This document shows, one piece after another, positions 49,528 through 59,469 of a stretch of DNA of 64,000 nucleotides; the first letter of the stretch is position 1, and each line of letters starts with the position of its first letter. Location: positions 800,001 to 864,000 of the forward strand of contig OZ242010.1 in NCBI GenBank assembly GCA_965204745.1, given 5' to 3'. Under the pieces are notes generated by a model, which was not told the DNA's origin, did not search any database, and saw only the letters and a program-made list of their open reading frames with translations. The translations under genes and the position numbers were made by a program. Origin of the DNA: Candidatus Latescibacterota bacterium. Its GTDB lineage: Bacteria > Latescibacterota > UBA2968.

Positions 49528-50529
49528 CTTTTGCACCTCCTTTAGGTAAAGGGAAAGAAAGGTCCAGTTGCTACGTGCTTTTCGCGCACGCCTGTTCATG
49601 AAAAATCCGACGATGGATCGCCCCAGCAAGAGGCGTTCGTAAACGGAATTCGGGCGGTTTTTGTAATCTTCCTCCGATTTGACTTTGTCCCATCTGACGC
49701 GCTGATACCCGCTTTGGACAATTCGTCGCCACGCCTTGCGAAATTCGTGCTGATAAGCGTAGCAGAGGAAGCGAAAGACAGGCGCGGGCAGGTGAAAAAT
49801 TTCGAGTTCTGGATTTTGATTGTAATTTGAAAAGCAGTAGATCTGCATGGCGATATTTTCATCGAATCGCCTCTCCTCATAGCGAATCATTTCGCTGGTC
49901 ATATAAAAAAGCCCATTGCGCGGATTGGCATATCCCGGATTGTAACACCCCGAAATTTCCCTGCGAAGTGCTTGTTGGCGGACATCGTCAATACAGATGC
50001 GCGCCCAAGAACTCAGCGCCCGCCATGAATTGGAATGCAGCATCAAGAACTTGCCAGCACTCGCAACGAATGCGAGCGGGCCGAGTTGAATCGCCAACGC
50101 ACAAGCCGCACAATAGCCCATTCCCTCTGCGAAAGTTGGAAAAAAATTACGCAACTTGCCCGATCCTGTGAGCGGGATATTTTCCCGTTTGAGCATGCGA
50201 TTTGCCTCACGCCTTCCACAACCGATGCAATCGCCGGTTGAGCCGATCTCCTCTATCGCGTCAAGATATTCTCCACAGAGTTCTCGGAGCAATTCGACGC
50301 GATTGCGTTTGCTGTACGCTGAGTTGGTCAATACGCTGTTGGGAAAAATGGAGTGGAGATTCTTCCAGTCCGCGGTTGTTTGCATCATAGGCGCGATGTC
50401 CTCGACGATTTGCTCGAGGTTGTGAATCGCAATCTCTTCCGGCTTTGTCCCTCGGCCCACCCATTCACAAATCGCGCTGACACCCGCATCGACGAATGGA
50501 TTGCCCATCAGTTTTTCATAGATCGCCAT
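49153..50529 (-). CDS. cas8: Type I-B Cas8 (Cst1, CxxC-CxxC)
   Basis: GNPFVDAG, CIGC, IPLTGS..NFF, CAAC. Confidence 0.88.
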   Translation of the reverse strand: MAIYEKLMGNPFVDAGVSAICEWVGRGTKPEEIAIHNLEQIVEDIAPMMQTTADWKNLHSIFPNSVLTNSAYSKRNRVELLRELCGEYLDAIEEIGSTGDCIGCGRREANRMLKRENIPLTGSGKLRNFFPTFAEGMGYCAACALAIQLGPLAFVASAGKFLMLHSNSWRALSSWARICIDDVRQQALRREISGCYNPGYANPRNGLFYMTSEMIRYEERRFDENIAMQIYCFSNYNQNPELEIFHLPAPVFRFLCYAYQHEFRKAWRRIVQSGYQRVRWDKVKSEEDYKNRPNSVYERLLLGRSIVGFFMNRRARKARSNWTFLSLYLKEVQKVDELRLNAIKEVGDAIAKSIRKDERDLRLRQLERANSYGVCRNVLRFVIRDRLRQGEEDPLFLLDDYVTHLFPESADQMTLWRETRDLLVFRIYEQLHNWLKESGFVKEDDEIETLTNDENEEV

Positions 50530-50568
50530 AGTGCCCCTCCTTCTCTCGCCCTGCTACGCGAGTGTTTA

Positions 50569-50991
50569 GGTCGTGTTGACATTTTATTTTTTGACGTTAC
50601 ACACAGATTAGCAAATGTGTTGCTTGCTCATTTAAGGCGTTTCCTTTGAGGGCTTCTCGCTCTGGTTGCTCTGATGGCGTTGCGCGAGGGGACCTATCCC
50701 CCGGCCCCTTTCCTACGAGGAAAGGGGAGTAAAGTCCCTTTGATGGCTTCTAGCTCTAGTTGCTCTGATGGCGTTGACCGAAGGCATAAAGCGATTAAAA
50801 ATCCCTCATCAATACCCTCGCAAAACCGCTCACTGTTCCCCCTTCCTCGCAGGAAGGGGGGCTAGGGGGGTAGGTCCCGATAAGGAGCGACTGTTTCAGT
50901 TTCTCAAATCGAGAACATATCCTGCGATAGGGCTTGATTTTCTCGATAAATCGCTCAAGCCGGTGCATGGCTCGTAAATGTCAACATAACC
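50569..50991. mobile_element. MITE-like element between cas6 and cas8 with a nested palindromic repeat
   Basis: TIR GGTcgTGTTGACATTT / AAATGTCAACAtaACC, TA on both flanks; nested GGGACCTA..TAGGTCCC 50689-50878. Confidence 0.7.
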
Positions 50992-50994
50992 TAG

Positions 50995-51903
50995 TCAATC
51001 GAACCTGCTTGGTTTTCTTTTATACGCTGGCATGCCAAACCGCTGATTGCTCGGGTTGTTGCGGTGCTCGTGCTCAGGATTTCGGCCCTGTGGCGTCATG
51101 CCAAACCGCTGGTTGTTCGGGTTCTTGCTCTCTGACCGCTTGGGTTTTCTTATGACCTCTGCCATGCCGAATCCCACGCTGTTCTTGTCTCCGAAGCCGC
51201 ATTCATAGCCCACGCGAATCAACTCGGGCGCGCCAATGACTTGGAAGGGACACAGAACTCCGCGAATCTTGACGCCTTTGAAATCGACCAAGCGCGACAC
51301 CCGGCCCTTTCGCTTTGCGATGTACGCTTGGTCAAACGCCATAGCAAAGGACTGATCTCTTGGCGCGTGTCCGTGAATGGCTTCGTACTTCCGAATCAGG
51401 TTTTGGCGCACCAACTCCGAGAATTGCGGGTCATTGGCACGGCAGTAGTGCATCACGAGTTGCCCGTCGCGTTCGCGCTTGGTCGTCATCGTTATCGCGG
51501 CCAAACAGCGGAAACGCATCTGCCGGTCAAAACGCGGGGCACGCGGCACAGTCACATCGCGCACCCGGAGTTGCTTGTCGGCAATTTGCAAGACGCCCGT
51601 CTGCATCAAAGACGCGGCAAAGTTCTCTAAAAACGCTTGTTGCGGCGACGAGACATACCACGTCAAAGAGAACTCAAAGCGGATGCGGTCCCCTTGCACA
51701 ACGCGCTGTTTTGCCATCAGTTGCGAAAACGTGAACAGCTTGAACCCCCGACGGTCGCGTTCATAGCCGGTCTCGTGGAGAAAGTGCGCGTATTCCGGGT
51801 CGGATTGTTTGAGAAATTGATAGACGACACCGGTGAGGAGGTGGTTGTAGTTGATGGGCAATGTCACGCCTTGCCCGATATCGCAGATGATCTTAATTCG
51901 CAT
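50995..51903 (-). CDS. cas6: Cas6 endoribonuclease with C-terminal extension
   Basis: LPINYNH, FLHETGY, FKLFTFS, GFGDKNSVGFG. Confidence 0.93.
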   Translation of the reverse strand: MRIKIICDIGQGVTLPINYNHLLTGVVYQFLKQSDPEYAHFLHETGYERDRRGFKLFTFSQLMAKQRVVQGDRIRFEFSLTWYVSSPQQAFLENFAASLMQTGVLQIADKQLRVRDVTVPRAPRFDRQMRFRCLAAITMTTKRERDGQLVMHYCRANDPQFSELVRQNLIRKYEAIHGHAPRDQSFAMAFDQAYIAKRKGRVSRLVDFKGVKIRGVLCPFQVIGAPELIRVGYECGFGDKNSVGFGMAEVIRKPKRSESKNPNNQRFGMTPQGRNPEHEHRNNPSNQRFGMPAYKRKPSRFD

Positions 51904-52018
51904 GGCAGGACCCTTGTATCTTCGGGCGAGCACCGGGGCATCGCCCCTACGACGGGGATTGGGCGGGGCGGGCTGACAACTGACAACTTGAGAGGCACAG
52001 CGCGGTGGCCTTCTCCCT

Positions 52019-52146
52019 CTTGTATTTTTGGGCGAGCACCGGGGCATCGCCCCTACACACTGCTCACCTTTGAACTGGCTATCGCCAGTTGTACCCCGCT
52101 CGTGCCTTTTGTGCCTTTTGTGGCTTTTGTGGCTAAACTTTCATCT
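52019..52146 (-). mobile_element. Miniature element copy C
   Basis: Reverse-orientation homologue of copies A and B; bounded by CT at both ends. Confidence 0.65.
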
Positions 52147-52150
52147 CACC

Positions 52151-52900
52151 TCATCCGCGGCCAATGTACGGCATTTTGGTCGCGGTGATCGTGAGGAATT
52201 GCACATTGGCGTCTAAGGGCAGGCTCGCCATGGAGAGCACGGCTTGGGCCACGCCGTTGACATCCATCGTGGGTTCGACCAAAGTCGTCCCATTGGCTTG
52301 CAGGACCCCGGCTTGCATGCGCTCGGTCATGTCGGTTGCTGCGTTGCCAATGTCGATTTGCCCGCAGGCGATATCGTACTTGCGCCCGTCGAGCGCGGCG
52401 GATTTGGTGAGGCCCGTCACCGCGTGCTTGGTCGCTGTGTACGGCGCGGAGTTGGGGCGGGGAACGTGCGCGGAGATCGACCCATTATTGATGATCCTGC
52501 CGCCCATCGGACGCTGGTCTTTCATGAGCTTGAACGCCTCCCGAATGCAGAGAAACACGCCGGTCAAGTTGGTGTCGACCACGGCTTGCCACTGTTCGTA
52601 CGTCAAATCCTCGAGGGCGATGCCACGCGGCGCGCCAATGCCCGCGTTGTTGAACAACACGTCGAGCCGCCCAAATTTCCCTTGGGTCTTGGCAAAGAGA
52701 TTTTCCACAGACGCCGGATCCCCGACATCCGTGGGCACGACCAAGGTCTTGGATGCGCCAGCTTCTCGCGCAGTGGCGTTCAAGGGGGCTTCGCGCCGGC
52801 CGGCCAGCACCACCGCATATCCCGCCTGAAAAAAGGCGAGCGCGGTGTGTTTGCCAATCCCGCTGCCCGCGCCCGTGATCATGGCTACTTTTTCAGTCAT
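52151..52900 (-). CDS. Short-chain dehydrogenase/reductase
   Basis: [17 protein letters not shown]; AGGAG RBS. Confidence 0.93.
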   Translation of the reverse strand: MTEKVAMITGAGSGIGKHTALAFFQAGYAVVLAGRREAPLNATAREAGASKTLVVPTDVGDPASVENLFAKTQGKFGRLDVLFNNAGIGAPRGIALEDLTYEQWQAVVDTNLTGVFLCIREAFKLMKDQRPMGGRIINNGSISAHVPRPNSAPYTATKHAVTGLTKSAALDGRKYDIACGQIDIGNAATDMTERMQAGVLQANGTTLVEPTMDVNGVAQAVLSMASLPLDANVQFLTITATKMPYIGRG

Positions 52901-52986
52901 CGTCAAATCTCCTGATGGGTGAAAGGTTGTCGGTATTACATGATAACATCCCAAAGGCATAAATAAAAAAATCTCTCTCCAAAGCG

Positions 52987-53193
52987 GTAAGAGGTGAGAC
53001 GCAAGAGGCAAGAGGTGAGACGCAAGAGGGAAGAAGGCAAGAGGGGAGAGGCAAGAAGCAAGATCGTAGGGGCGATGATCCCGCGCTCGTCCAAAGATAC
53101 AAGAGGGGAGAGCGGTAAAAGGTAAAAGGTGAGACGCAAGAGGTGAGAAGGCCGCCCAAAGCGGTAAGAGGTGAGACGCAAGAGGGAAGAAGG
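52987..53193. repeat. Degenerate heptamer array (GTAAGAG/GTGAGAC/GCAAGAG/GGGAGAG) with an embedded REP-like hairpin (53061-53103)
   Basis: Directly visible. Confidence 0.85.
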
Positions 53194-53449
53194 CCGCCCA
53201 GCCACCCCAAAGGCGATCCGCGGTACACCTTTTCGTTGACGCGCCGATAAATGCAAAACGCCCGAAGCCTATACTGTGATGACTTCGGGCGTCTCTATCC
53301 GCCATTGGGCGTAGTGACTGCTATCGGCATTCCTCTTTGCTAACGCTGTGCTCAGAGGGCGACGCCTGCTCATCCCCTCTTGAAAGCGACTTGGTTTGCT
53401 GACCGCGACCTTGGACGTAAAGCCCCCCACCGTTGCCAGCACCGTTTTG

Positions 53450-54274
53450 TCAAATTTTGCTATAGTCGGGTTCTTCGGGTTCGATGACCTCAATGCCCTT
53501 ATCGCGCAGGACTTGCGCCCGGTGGCTGTGGATATCCGCCGTGGCCAGAATGATCCGCGTGGGTTCGATTCCAGTGGACTTGGTGTACAGAAGACGCTTG
53601 CGTTCCAGACGCTCTCCGATGGTGCGCCCCACGCTCGCGGCGATTTCGATAAGGATATGCTGATGGTCGTAAATGACGACGTCGAATTGTTCGCCCTCGA
53701 TGACGCGCTGCTCGACCTCAACCCCAAAGGATTCCTCAAGCAATGTGGCAATGGTCTTGCGAAACACGATTTCATTGCGGATTCCCCAGCGCGATCCCAG
53801 CCGATCAATGGCCTGATGGAGTCCGAACTCGAGGTCAACCATGCGCACTTCCACCTCCTCGAAACGCTGATACATCTCGTTGCGAAATGCCTCTATCTTT
53901 TGATCGACTTGCTCGAAACGTTGGTTCATCTCTGCGCGCAAGGCAGTTATCGCCCCCTCTGCTCGCTCAAGGCGTTGATCGACTTGCTCAAACCGTTGAT
54001 CGACTTGCTCGAAGCGTTGGTTCATCTCTGCGCGCAAGGCATTTGTCGCTCCCTCTGCTCGCTCAAGGCGTTGATCGACTTGCTCAAAGCGTTGATCGAC
54101 CTCAGCGCGCAACTCGCGCAATTCATCCAAGATCACGGCCAGCTCTTCGCGGCGCACGAACGCTTTCAAGAACCCCTGGAAAATCACCGGCTCGAGTTCT
54201 GGGCGGCGTTCTAACAGATCGGGTAATTGCCGGCTGAACACGTCAATCAATTCTTCATCGCTGAATGTCACCAT
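53450..54274 (-). CDS. DUF3782-like coiled-coil repeat + PD-(D/E)XK-fold protein
   Basis: (QRFEQVD)n; LGSRWG; QFDVVI..LIEI. Confidence 0.7.
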   Translation of the reverse strand: MVTFSDEELIDVFSRQLPDLLERRPELEPVIFQGFLKAFVRREELAVILDELRELRAEVDQRFEQVDQRLERAEGATNALRAEMNQRFEQVDQRFEQVDQRLERAEGAITALRAEMNQRFEQVDQKIEAFRNEMYQRFEEVEVRMVDLEFGLHQAIDRLGSRWGIRNEIVFRKTIATLLEESFGVEVEQRVIEGEQFDVVIYDHQHILIEIAASVGRTIGERLERKRLLYTKSTGIEPTRIILATADIHSHRAQVLRDKGIEVIEPEEPDYSKI

Positions 54275-54552
54275 AGATCGCTCCTTTCTCATAAAATAGC
54301 GATGGGTTCACATGGGATTGTGTTTTCAAACAAAATATAGCGTATAATCGGACTTTTTGCAATATCGTTTTGCCCGCGATGAAATCATCCGAGCGACCAG
54401 GCGTCTAAGTAGCGTGGTCGCCTATAGTTTGGTTTCTCGAATCGCGCAAATACGCTCCCCATTCGCTGTCTCTTTTGAGACGCTTTAGGGTATCTCGCAC
54501 CTCCTGCAAATTGGTATAAGGGCGTGGGCACTCGCTTTCGCCTTTCGTTCGG

Positions 54553-55398
54553 TCAAGGCAAGATATCTACGGTCAACCTGTCCGGTTGCGCTGGATTGCA
54601 CGCCCACAGCATTTTGGGATCGCACAGTCGGGGGGCTTGGGGCGGATGGTCTGGCAATGTCCAGTCGGGGTTGTATTGCTGGATCAGGGCGATGGCATTG
54701 CGATAGGCAATTCGCTCTTTCAGATCGTCTTCGCAGTCGGCTTCTTCGATGACGCGCTGGAGAAAGCGGTAGTCGTAATACGGCAAGTCCGCGCCAAAGA
54801 TCAGCCGGTCTCGTCCGACTTTATCGGCAAACCAGTTGAAATCCCAGGTGGAGCCCCGGCCATCCGGGTACTGAACGACCTCGAACCAAAGGTTGTCGTG
54901 TTGCGCCAAGTTCTCAGCCGCCCAAGTGCTGGCGTGTACGATGAACTGTGCCTGGGGAAACAGTTGCGCGGTGCGGTGCATCAGTGGGTCGTGCCAGTGC
55001 AAATTGCACAGTCCGTTTCGCGCGGCGGCAACCTCTATCATCGGCAACACTTCTTCCTTCATCGGCGGATGTCCGACCAAACCGACCAGGCCCAAGTCGT
55101 CCATTGCCTTTTCCGCTTCATCGATCCCGCGTTCTCCAAAGCGCGGCTCGATCAGGGCCAGGCCAATGGGAAACGCGGTTGGAAAAGTTTTGCACGCCCG
55201 TGCAATCGCCTCGTTCTGTTCTCGAATATCTCGAATCCCCCGCACAATTGGACTGCCCACGGCGGTTGGCATTGAAATGGCCGCGTGAATATCGGTTTCA
55301 GCGAATCGGGACAAACACATTTGGACATTTTGCCCGACGGTGGGCACGCGGTCAATGGTTCGTCCGATGTGGTTGTGACAACATATATACGGTCTCAT
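54553..55398 (-). CDS. Amidohydrolase_2 family protein
   Basis: CHNHIG, LIFGADLPY; AAGGAG RBS. Confidence 0.78.
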   Translation of the reverse strand: MRPYICCHNHIGRTIDRVPTVGQNVQMCLSRFAETDIHAAISMPTAVGSPIVRGIRDIREQNEAIARACKTFPTAFPIGLALIEPRFGERGIDEAEKAMDDLGLVGLVGHPPMKEEVLPMIEVAAARNGLCNLHWHDPLMHRTAQLFPQAQFIVHASTWAAENLAQHDNLWFEVVQYPDGRGSTWDFNWFADKVGRDRLIFGADLPYYDYRFLQRVIEEADCEDDLKERIAYRNAIALIQQYNPDWTLPDHPPQAPRLCDPKMLWACNPAQPDRLTVDILP

Positions 55399-55514
55399 GA
55401 CACTCCTTTCGCGGTTGCATGGGGCGGGATATGTGCTAGATTGTCTCTGCGTCAAAGGGCGAGGAGTTGTCCCTCGTCTCGCAATCCCATCTTGCAATTC
55501 AACGAGACATTCCC

Positions 55515-56774
55515 ATGCGCGATTATCCCTCTCCTCATTATCCCGCCCGGTGCAAGCGCACGCACCGCATTTCCGATCTGCGGCCCCGTGAATTTGCCGT
55601 TGTCGCAGGACGGCTTATGGGCCGCGACGCGCTTTCCGATGAGACGGGAAGGCTTTGGCTTTGTTTTCAGGGCGCGGCCGATGTGTGCGTTGGAGATATC
55701 GTCGAGGTCGAAGGCCATCTCAAAGCGGGGTGCTTTCACGCGAGAGCCTTGCGGGTGCTCGTGCCTTCTCGGGGCGATAGTGTTGCGTTACGTGCTGAGA
55801 CGCAGGTACGTTTGCGTCAACGCGCAGAGATCATCGCCGGGATTCGCCGGTTTTTCGATGAACAAGGCTTTGTCGAGGTTGAAACCCCTGCGCTCGTGTC
55901 GCAACCGGGTATGGAGCCGCACATCGAGGCTTTTCAGACGACTTATGATGCGCGTCCGTTTTACCTGCATACCTCGCCGGAGTATGCGATGAAACGCCTG
56001 CTCGCGGCTGGCTTTGAGCGGATATACCAGCTTTGCAAGGTGTTTCGCCATGAACCCGCTGGCAGAATGCACAGTCCCGAATTTAGCATGCTCGAATGGT
56101 ATCGCGCTTATGCCGATTACACGGATATTATGGTGGATGTTGAAAATCTGGTCGCCCAACTCGCGACTGCTCTAAATGGAGAGCCCGTTATTCGGACCGC
56201 TCGCCACACGGTCGATCTCACCCCGCCGTGGCCGCGGCTCACCGTGCGGGACGCCCTGTTTCACTACGCGGGTATTACTGCGGATGCCTATTTGGAGACC
56301 GACGCTTTTATTCGACAAGCCCATGCCAAGGGGCATGCGACAGTTGGCGAGGGCGATTCGCCGGATATCGCGTTTTTCAAGGTTTTTTTGGATGGCGTTG
56401 AACGGCACTTGGGCACGCAAAAGCCCGCGATTCTTTGCGATTATCCGGCCCCGATGGCGGCACTGGCAAAACGCAAGGCCAGCGCGCCGGAGGTGGCCGA
56501 GCGGTTTGAGGTTTATATTGCGGGTGTGGAGTTGGGCAATGCGTTTACAGAACTCAACGATCCGGACGAGCAACGCCAACGCCTAAAAGAAGAAGCCGCC
56601 CAACGCCTTCGCGATGGCAACCCGGCCTATCCGATAGACGAGCACTTTCTCGCGGCACTCGAATGCGGCATGCCGCCTTCTGGGGGTATTGCGCTGGGTG
56701 TCGACCGGTTGGTGATGCTCCTCACTGGGGCGTCGTCCATTCAAGAGGTCGTTGCGGTTCCGTTTGATGCATGA
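55515..56774 (+). CDS. epmA: EF-P lysine aminoacylase EpmA/GenX
   Basis: FVEVETP, LHTSPEYAMKRLL, HSPEFSMLEWY, ELGNAFTEL, GIALGVDRL. Confidence 0.9.
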   Translation: MRDYPSPHYPARCKRTHRISDLRPREFAVVAGRLMGRDALSDETGRLWLCFQGAADVCVGDIVEVEGHLKAGCFHARALRVLVPSRGDSVALRAETQVRLRQRAEIIAGIRRFFDEQGFVEVETPALVSQPGMEPHIEAFQTTYDARPFYLHTSPEYAMKRLLAAGFERIYQLCKVFRHEPAGRMHSPEFSMLEWYRAYADYTDIMVDVENLVAQLATALNGEPVIRTARHTVDLTPPWPRLTVRDALFHYAGITADAYLETDAFIRQAHAKGHATVGEGDSPDIAFFKVFLDGVERHLGTQKPAILCDYPAPMAALAKRKASAPEVAERFEVYIAGVELGNAFTELNDPDEQRQRLKEEAAQRLRDGNPAYPIDEHFLAALECGMPPSGGIALGVDRLVMLLTGASSIQEVVAVPFDA

Positions 56775-56939
56775 TGGATACTAAAACAGGGTGGAAGATG
56801 TTTGTCTCCCACCCTGATCGGGCTCTGATTGTTCGCGGCGGTTGCGCCACTTGGAAAACGTCCCTGTGCGTTTGCACATGCAAACAGCGGGTCGTTCACT
56901 CCCCCTTCCCGATTTTAGTCTGTGGTTGCAAGGGCTGTG

Positions 56940-58109
56940 TCAATCCTCCCACTGCAAGGTTCCGGCACTTTGGTAGTCTGTTACGCGCGTCTCAAAAAAG
57001 TTTTTTTCCTTTGCCATGTCAATGGTTTCGCTCATCCACGGAAAGGGATTTTTCGATCCGTGAACCGCTTGTAGCCCAATCCGTTCCAACCTGCGGTCCG
57101 CGATAAATTGCACGTATTCGCGGAACAGCCCTTCATTGAGCCCCAACACCCCGTCGGGCAGACAATCCCTCGCATAAATCACTTCGTATTCCACGGCTTC
57201 ATGGATCAGGTCGTAGATGTCCCGTTGCAAATCCGGCGTCCAGATTTCCGGATTCTCCAGCTTGATGGTGTTGATCAAGTCAATTCCAAAGTTCAGGTGA
57301 ACGGTCTCGTCGCGCAAGATGTACTGGAACTGCTCGCCAATGCCGGTCATTCGGTTCTGACGATGGAAGGAGAGGATCATCACAAAGCCACTGTAAAAGA
57401 AAATGCCTTCCATAATCACGTAAAAGCCCACCAAATTTTTCACAAATTTTTTCATGCCTTCCGCGCTTTGCGTTGAAAAATTGGGTGCCAACACATCTTC
57501 GGTCAGGGCCATGACGAATTTGTCTTTGCCTTCGATAGACGCTACTTCGTGGTACATGTTGAAGACTTCGCGGCCGTCCAGGCCAAGGGATTCGACGATG
57601 TAGTGAAAGGTGTGCGTGTGGATGGCCTCTTCAAATGCCTGGCGCAACAAATATTGCCGCGCTTCCGAGTTGGTGATGTGCTTAAAAATCGCCAACACGA
57701 TGTTGTTGCCGACCAAGCTCTCGCCCGTGCTGAAGAACCCCAGATTGCGTAAAATCACCTGCCGCTCGGCCTCATTGAGTCCGTGGGGATTTTTCCAGAG
57801 TTCGATGTCGCGCTGCATCGGCACTTCCGTCGGCATCCAGTGATTGGCGCACCCATTCAGGTAGTGCTCCCATGCCCATTCGTATTTCAGGGGCATCAGT
57901 TGGTTCACATCCACTTGCCGGCAGTTGAGCAAACGCTTGTCCTCTGGATCGATGCGCTTGCCCAAATCGTAGGCTTCGCCATTGGCCCCGCAACACAGGG
58001 CAGACGCAATCCCATTCGCCCCGGCGTCCGCATGACTATTGCCATTGTGTTGCGTTGCGCTATACTGCACCTGCACATGATCCCCAACATCTTCAAATAT
58101 CAGCGACAT
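56940..58109 (-). CDS. nrdB: Ribonucleotide reductase class Ia beta subunit
   Basis: [37 protein letters not shown]. Confidence 0.95.
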   Translation of the reverse strand: MSLIFEDVGDHVQVQYSATQHNGNSHADAGANGIASALCCGANGEAYDLGKRIDPEDKRLLNCRQVDVNQLMPLKYEWAWEHYLNGCANHWMPTEVPMQRDIELWKNPHGLNEAERQVILRNLGFFSTGESLVGNNIVLAIFKHITNSEARQYLLRQAFEEAIHTHTFHYIVESLGLDGREVFNMYHEVASIEGKDKFVMALTEDVLAPNFSTQSAEGMKKFVKNLVGFYVIMEGIFFYSGFVMILSFHRQNRMTGIGEQFQYILRDETVHLNFGIDLINTIKLENPEIWTPDLQRDIYDLIHEAVEYEVIYARDCLPDGVLGLNEGLFREYVQFIADRRLERIGLQAVHGSKNPFPWMSETIDMAKEKNFFETRVTDYQSAGTLQWED

Positions 58110-58215
58110 AACAACTCCTTTCAGATCAAATCAGCGGAACTTTTGGCAAATCTGAACATCTTTGCTTTCCCAGTTCCATTGTCTTTGAAAAACTGCTGTT
58201 CGCGCCTCGGATACC

Positions 58216-58533
58216 TCACCCGGTTACAGGGCGTTTTTTGTAAATGGTGATTCCAAAGGCGTCTATGTGTTGCTTGAGCGGAATGGATGCGATGGTCTCG
58301 TAGGCTTGCAGGTCGCACTGTTGCGGGATGGGGATGTCCTCTAAGTCGAGGGCGAGCCTGCCGAGGCGGTGTTCGTTCACAATGCCCATGGTGGCTAAGT
58401 CAATGTCTGAATGCGCGGTTGCCCGGCCCGTGGCGCGAGACCCAAAGAGCTTGACTTCTGTCAATTCGGGATAGGCGGCAAAAACCCGGGTGAACTTTTC
58501 TATGGTTGCAACGGACAATGCAGGCGCGTTCAT
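58216..58533 (-). CDS. MNT minimal nucleotidyltransferase
   Basis: LFGSRATG..SDIDL. Confidence 0.85.
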   Translation of the reverse strand: MNAPALSVATIEKFTRVFAAYPELTEVKLFGSRATGRATAHSDIDLATMGIVNEHRLGRLALDLEDIPIPQQCDLQAYETIASIPLKQHIDAFGITIYKKRPVTG

Positions 58534-58936
58534 TGTAACGGTACCTCGGGTAGCAAGTTCTCGTAGAGCGCGTCCAAAATGTTCAAATAGCGCGTGTGTA
58601 TGTTCCTGACGACGGCCTTAAATCTGGCGTATGCGACATTTTGTTGCGATCTGTGAGCATATCCATCCATGTTTTGCCATTCTCAATCAACTTGGCCTTG
58701 CATGCCTCGCGTATCACGTTGCGCGGCGTTATGGTTTCGATTCTCACCCCATCGTACTCAAGGCGATCTTTGAGGACATTCCACGCCAACTCGAATGTGT
58801 ACTCAAATCGCTGTACGACACCTTCACACTCCAATTGGTTCAAAGGTTCCACACCATTTTCCAGTGCCTCATGCAACAGGTGGTAGGCGCGGGAGAAATT
58901 CTTGAAGCGATATACCCATCGTATTTCTCGGTTCAT
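58530..58936 (-). pseudogene. HI0074-like HEPN protein, frameshifted after RNKMSH
   Basis: QRFEYTFELAW, DRNKMSHT; another frame supplies ARFKAVVRNIHTRYL..PLQ* coupled to the MNT ATG. Confidence 0.75.
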
Positions 58937-59031
58937 CCCGCGGCTCCCTTATAGTCTTTCATCCATCCAACATTACAGAATAGATAGCTCATGGTTACTC
59001 CTTTTTAGAAGCCGTTTTTGAGACCCTCAAT

Positions 59032-59343
59032 TTACTTCTCTATCAGCACCACATGCGTTGCGTTGATATTTCTGCGGAACGACTCTGGCACTTCGTCCCA
59101 CACGAGGACATCCACCCGAAAGGGCAGGTTGCTTTCTTCATAAGCTTCGCGCAGGTCTGAAACCTGTCTTTTTTGTTCCGGCGTTGCAAAAACCACCATA
59201 TCTAAATCGGAGTATGGACAGGCGGTCCGCTTGACGCGAGACCCGTAGGCCCATGCTGTAATATCCGGCAGATACTTTTTTAACAAGTCGAGAATGAGGT
59301 CGTACTGGTCGTCGGTCATGTCTATGGTAGCGTTCCGTCCCAT
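59032..59343 (-). CDS. MNT minimal nucleotidyltransferase
   Basis: AYGSRVK..YSDLDM..ESNLPFRVD. Confidence 0.85.
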   Translation of the reverse strand: MGRNATIDMTDDQYDLILDLLKKYLPDITAWAYGSRVKRTACPYSDLDMVVFATPEQKRQVSDLREAYEESNLPFRVDVLVWDEVPESFRRNINATHVVLIEK

Positions 59344-59469
59344 GTCTCTCCGCTCTTAATCCTGGCGGTCACAGGACCCGCCACTATGTTCTCACCGCTC
59401 GCCTTTTTTTTTCGCTATCGCCAGTTGTATCCCGTTGGTGGAGAAACTCATCTCTCGTCTTTCGCCGCG

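Noticed and set aside
50530-50994. CreTA/CreR-like mini-array between cas6 and cas8
   Set aside because: Only short repeat-like fragments (CGATTAAAA at 50792, GTTTCAGTTTC at 50893), about 90 nt apart and inside a MITE; no target seen
51031-51190. Second CRISPR array (66-bp period)
   Set aside because: Unrelated to the array repeat and in frame within cas6
44895-51903. CRISPR-associated transposon (Cascade without Cas3 next to transposases)
   Set aside because: No tnsABC/tniQ; the cas3 stub shows truncation and the neighbours are ordinary IS elements
52901-53305. Long N-terminal extension of the SDR and overlapping small ORFs
   Set aside because: Derived from heptamer arrays; RBS and ATG at 52900
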